Source: Eledone cirrhosa (Eukaryota). Taken from it: a DNA stretch of 64,000 bases. Position 1 is the first letter of the stretch. Each line of letters begins with the position of its first letter. The stretch is from contig OZ024766.1 in assembly GCA_964016885.1 (NCBI GenBank), positions 5,952,001 to 6,016,000 of the forward strand, given 5' to 3'. The notes beneath the pieces were generated by a model, which made no database searches, was not told the origin of the DNA, and saw only the letters and a list, made by a program, of their open reading frames with translations. Made by a program: the position numbers and the translations under genes. Below are positions 1-64,000 of the stretch, one piece after another.

Positions 1-61
1 CGGACGCTGGTCCTTCATCAGAAGAAAGGGACATAAAATAGATTAAGGGTACGGGCGGTAC

Positions 62-93
<32 letters not shown>

Positions 94-138
94 TCTCCTA
101 TAAAGGAGAGCCCTACCAAAATGGAAGGGTTTACTTAC

Positions 139-62190
<62,052 letters not shown>

Positions 62191-62204
62191 CTGTAAAAGA
62201 ATTT

Positions 62205-62800
62205 AAATAAATATAAACACTTTGACTATTTTGTTATTTTATTTAGGGTTTGGAACATAACTTAATACAGGTTCTTAAATAAAAATTAGCTTTTTAGATA
62301 AATATAAACACTTTAAAACAGTTTTGCATCAGAGAAGCAGGGGCATTTGGAACATAACTTAACAAAGGTTCTTACATAGAGTTATAATGGAAGGTTTTTA
62401 GATAAATATAAACACTTTAACCCTTTCATTACCATATTTCTAATGAAAGACACTGTTGGTGTTTGGAACATAACTTAACAAAGGTTCTGACATAAAATTA
62501 TGATGGAAGGTTTTTAGATAAATATAAACACTTTAACCCTTTCATTACCATATTTCTAATGAAAGACACTGTTGGTGTTTGGAACATAACTTAACAAAGG
62601 TTCTTACATAAAATTATGATGGTAGGATTCTAGATAAATATAAACACTTTAACCCTTTCATTACCATATTTCTAATGAAAGACACTGTTGGTGTTTGGAA
62701 CATAACTTAACAAAGGTTCTGACATAAAATTATGATGGAAGGTTTTTAGATAAATATAAACACTTTAACCCTTTCATTACCATATTTCTAATGAAAGATA
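62205..62800. repeat. 116-bp AT-rich tandem repeat
   Basis: GATAAATATAAACACTTTAACCC at 62401, 62517, 62633, 62749 plus degenerate copies. Confidence 0.88.
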
Positions 62801-62999
62801 TTGCTTATATTTTTCAAATAATTGTTTTAAATAATCAAGAATTTAAAGGAATTTAGTAATAGAACTTTATCAAGCTGGTGTTTGGAACACAAAAATAATA
62901 TCTATAATATACACAATATACATCCCTAACATCTAAACTGAATAATTTGATAATTGCTGTGAATTATCTCCCTTTATTCAGAGTTGCCAAATTAGATTC

Positions 63000-64000
63000 T
63001 TCCATGTTAGCATGGGTTGTGACAAGTCAGGTTAGATGACCATGTCTTGCTCATACGGAACTCTTTCTGGCTTGGTTTCTATGGCTGGATGCCCTTCCTA
63101 ACGCCAACCGCAATTTGTGACACCTACATGACCACTTTACAGTGTGGACTGGGTGCTGTTTGTTGTGACACCTACATGACCACTTTACAGTGTGGACTGG
63201 GTACTTTTTGTCGTGACACCTACATGACCACTTTACAGTATGGACTGGGTACTTTTTGTCATGACACCTACATGACCACTTTACAGTGTGGACTGGGTAC
63301 TTTTTGTCATGACACCTACATGACCACTTTACAGTGTGGACTGGGTACTTTTTGTCATGACACCTACATGACCACTTTACAGTGTGGACTGGGTACTTTT
63401 TGTCATGACACCTACATGACCACTTTACAGTGTGGACTGGGTACTTTTTGTCATGACACCTACATGACCACTTGACAGTGTGGACTGGGTGCATTTTGTC
63501 ATGACACCTACATGACCACTTTACAGTGTGGACTGGGTACTTTTTGTCATGACACCTACATGACCACTTTACAGTGTGGACTGGGTGCTTTTTGTCATGA
63601 CACCTACATGACCACTTTACAGTATGGACTGGGTGCTTTTTGTTGTGACACCTACATGATCACTTTACAGTGTGGACTGGGTGCTTTTTGTCATGGCACC
63701 TACATGACCACTTTACAGTGTGGACTGGGTGCTTCTTGTCATGACACCTACATGACCACTTTACAGAGTGGACTGGGTGCTTTTTGTCATGACACCTACA
63801 TGACCACTTTACAGTGTGGACTGGGTGCTTTTTGTTGTGACACCTACATGACCACTTTACAGTGTGGACTGGGTGCTTTTTGTCGTGACACCTACATGAC
63901 CACTTTACAGTGTGGACTGGGTGCTTTTTGTTGTGACACCTACATGACCACTTTACAGTGTGGACTGGGTGCTTTTTGTTGTGACACCTACATGACCACT
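63000..64000 (-). mobile_element. RTE-tail-related element with 48-bp minisatellite expansion (runs off the window)
   Basis: GGATGCCCTTCCTAACGCCAACC motif followed by ~18 copies of GACACCTACATGACCACTTTACAGTGTGGACTGGGTGCTTTTTGTCAT. Confidence 0.8.

Overview
Eukaryotic, repeat-rich window, probably from a coleoid cephalopod or octopod (inferred from its SINE, RTE-LINE and microsatellite content). The whole window lies inside one minus-strand gene, GCN1 (HEAT-repeat activator of the eIF2-alpha kinase GCN2). I traced 33 consecutive GT-AG coding exons (62190 down to 139; 5772 nt, 1924 codons) with consistent phases; both gene ends lie outside the window. The introns hold about 20 copies of a tRNA-derived SINE, a second SINE family, three RTE-like LINE families, an L1/Tx1-like fragment, two non-autonomous Helitrons and many intron-specific minisatellites. 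The most notable observation is a family of AT-rich intronic elements carrying complete minimal type I hammerhead ribozyme folds (Penelope-like or retrozyme-like). These include a 176-nt tandem pair on the pre-mRNA strand and two fold-back copies just upstream of splice acceptors. Other observations: tandem arrays that multiply real GCN1 3' splice sites, a ~150-aa low-complexity insertion in one GC-rich GCN1 exon, and a PHD finger inside a LINE reverse transcriptase. Coordinates were read by eye; repeat boundaries and copy numbers are approximate.
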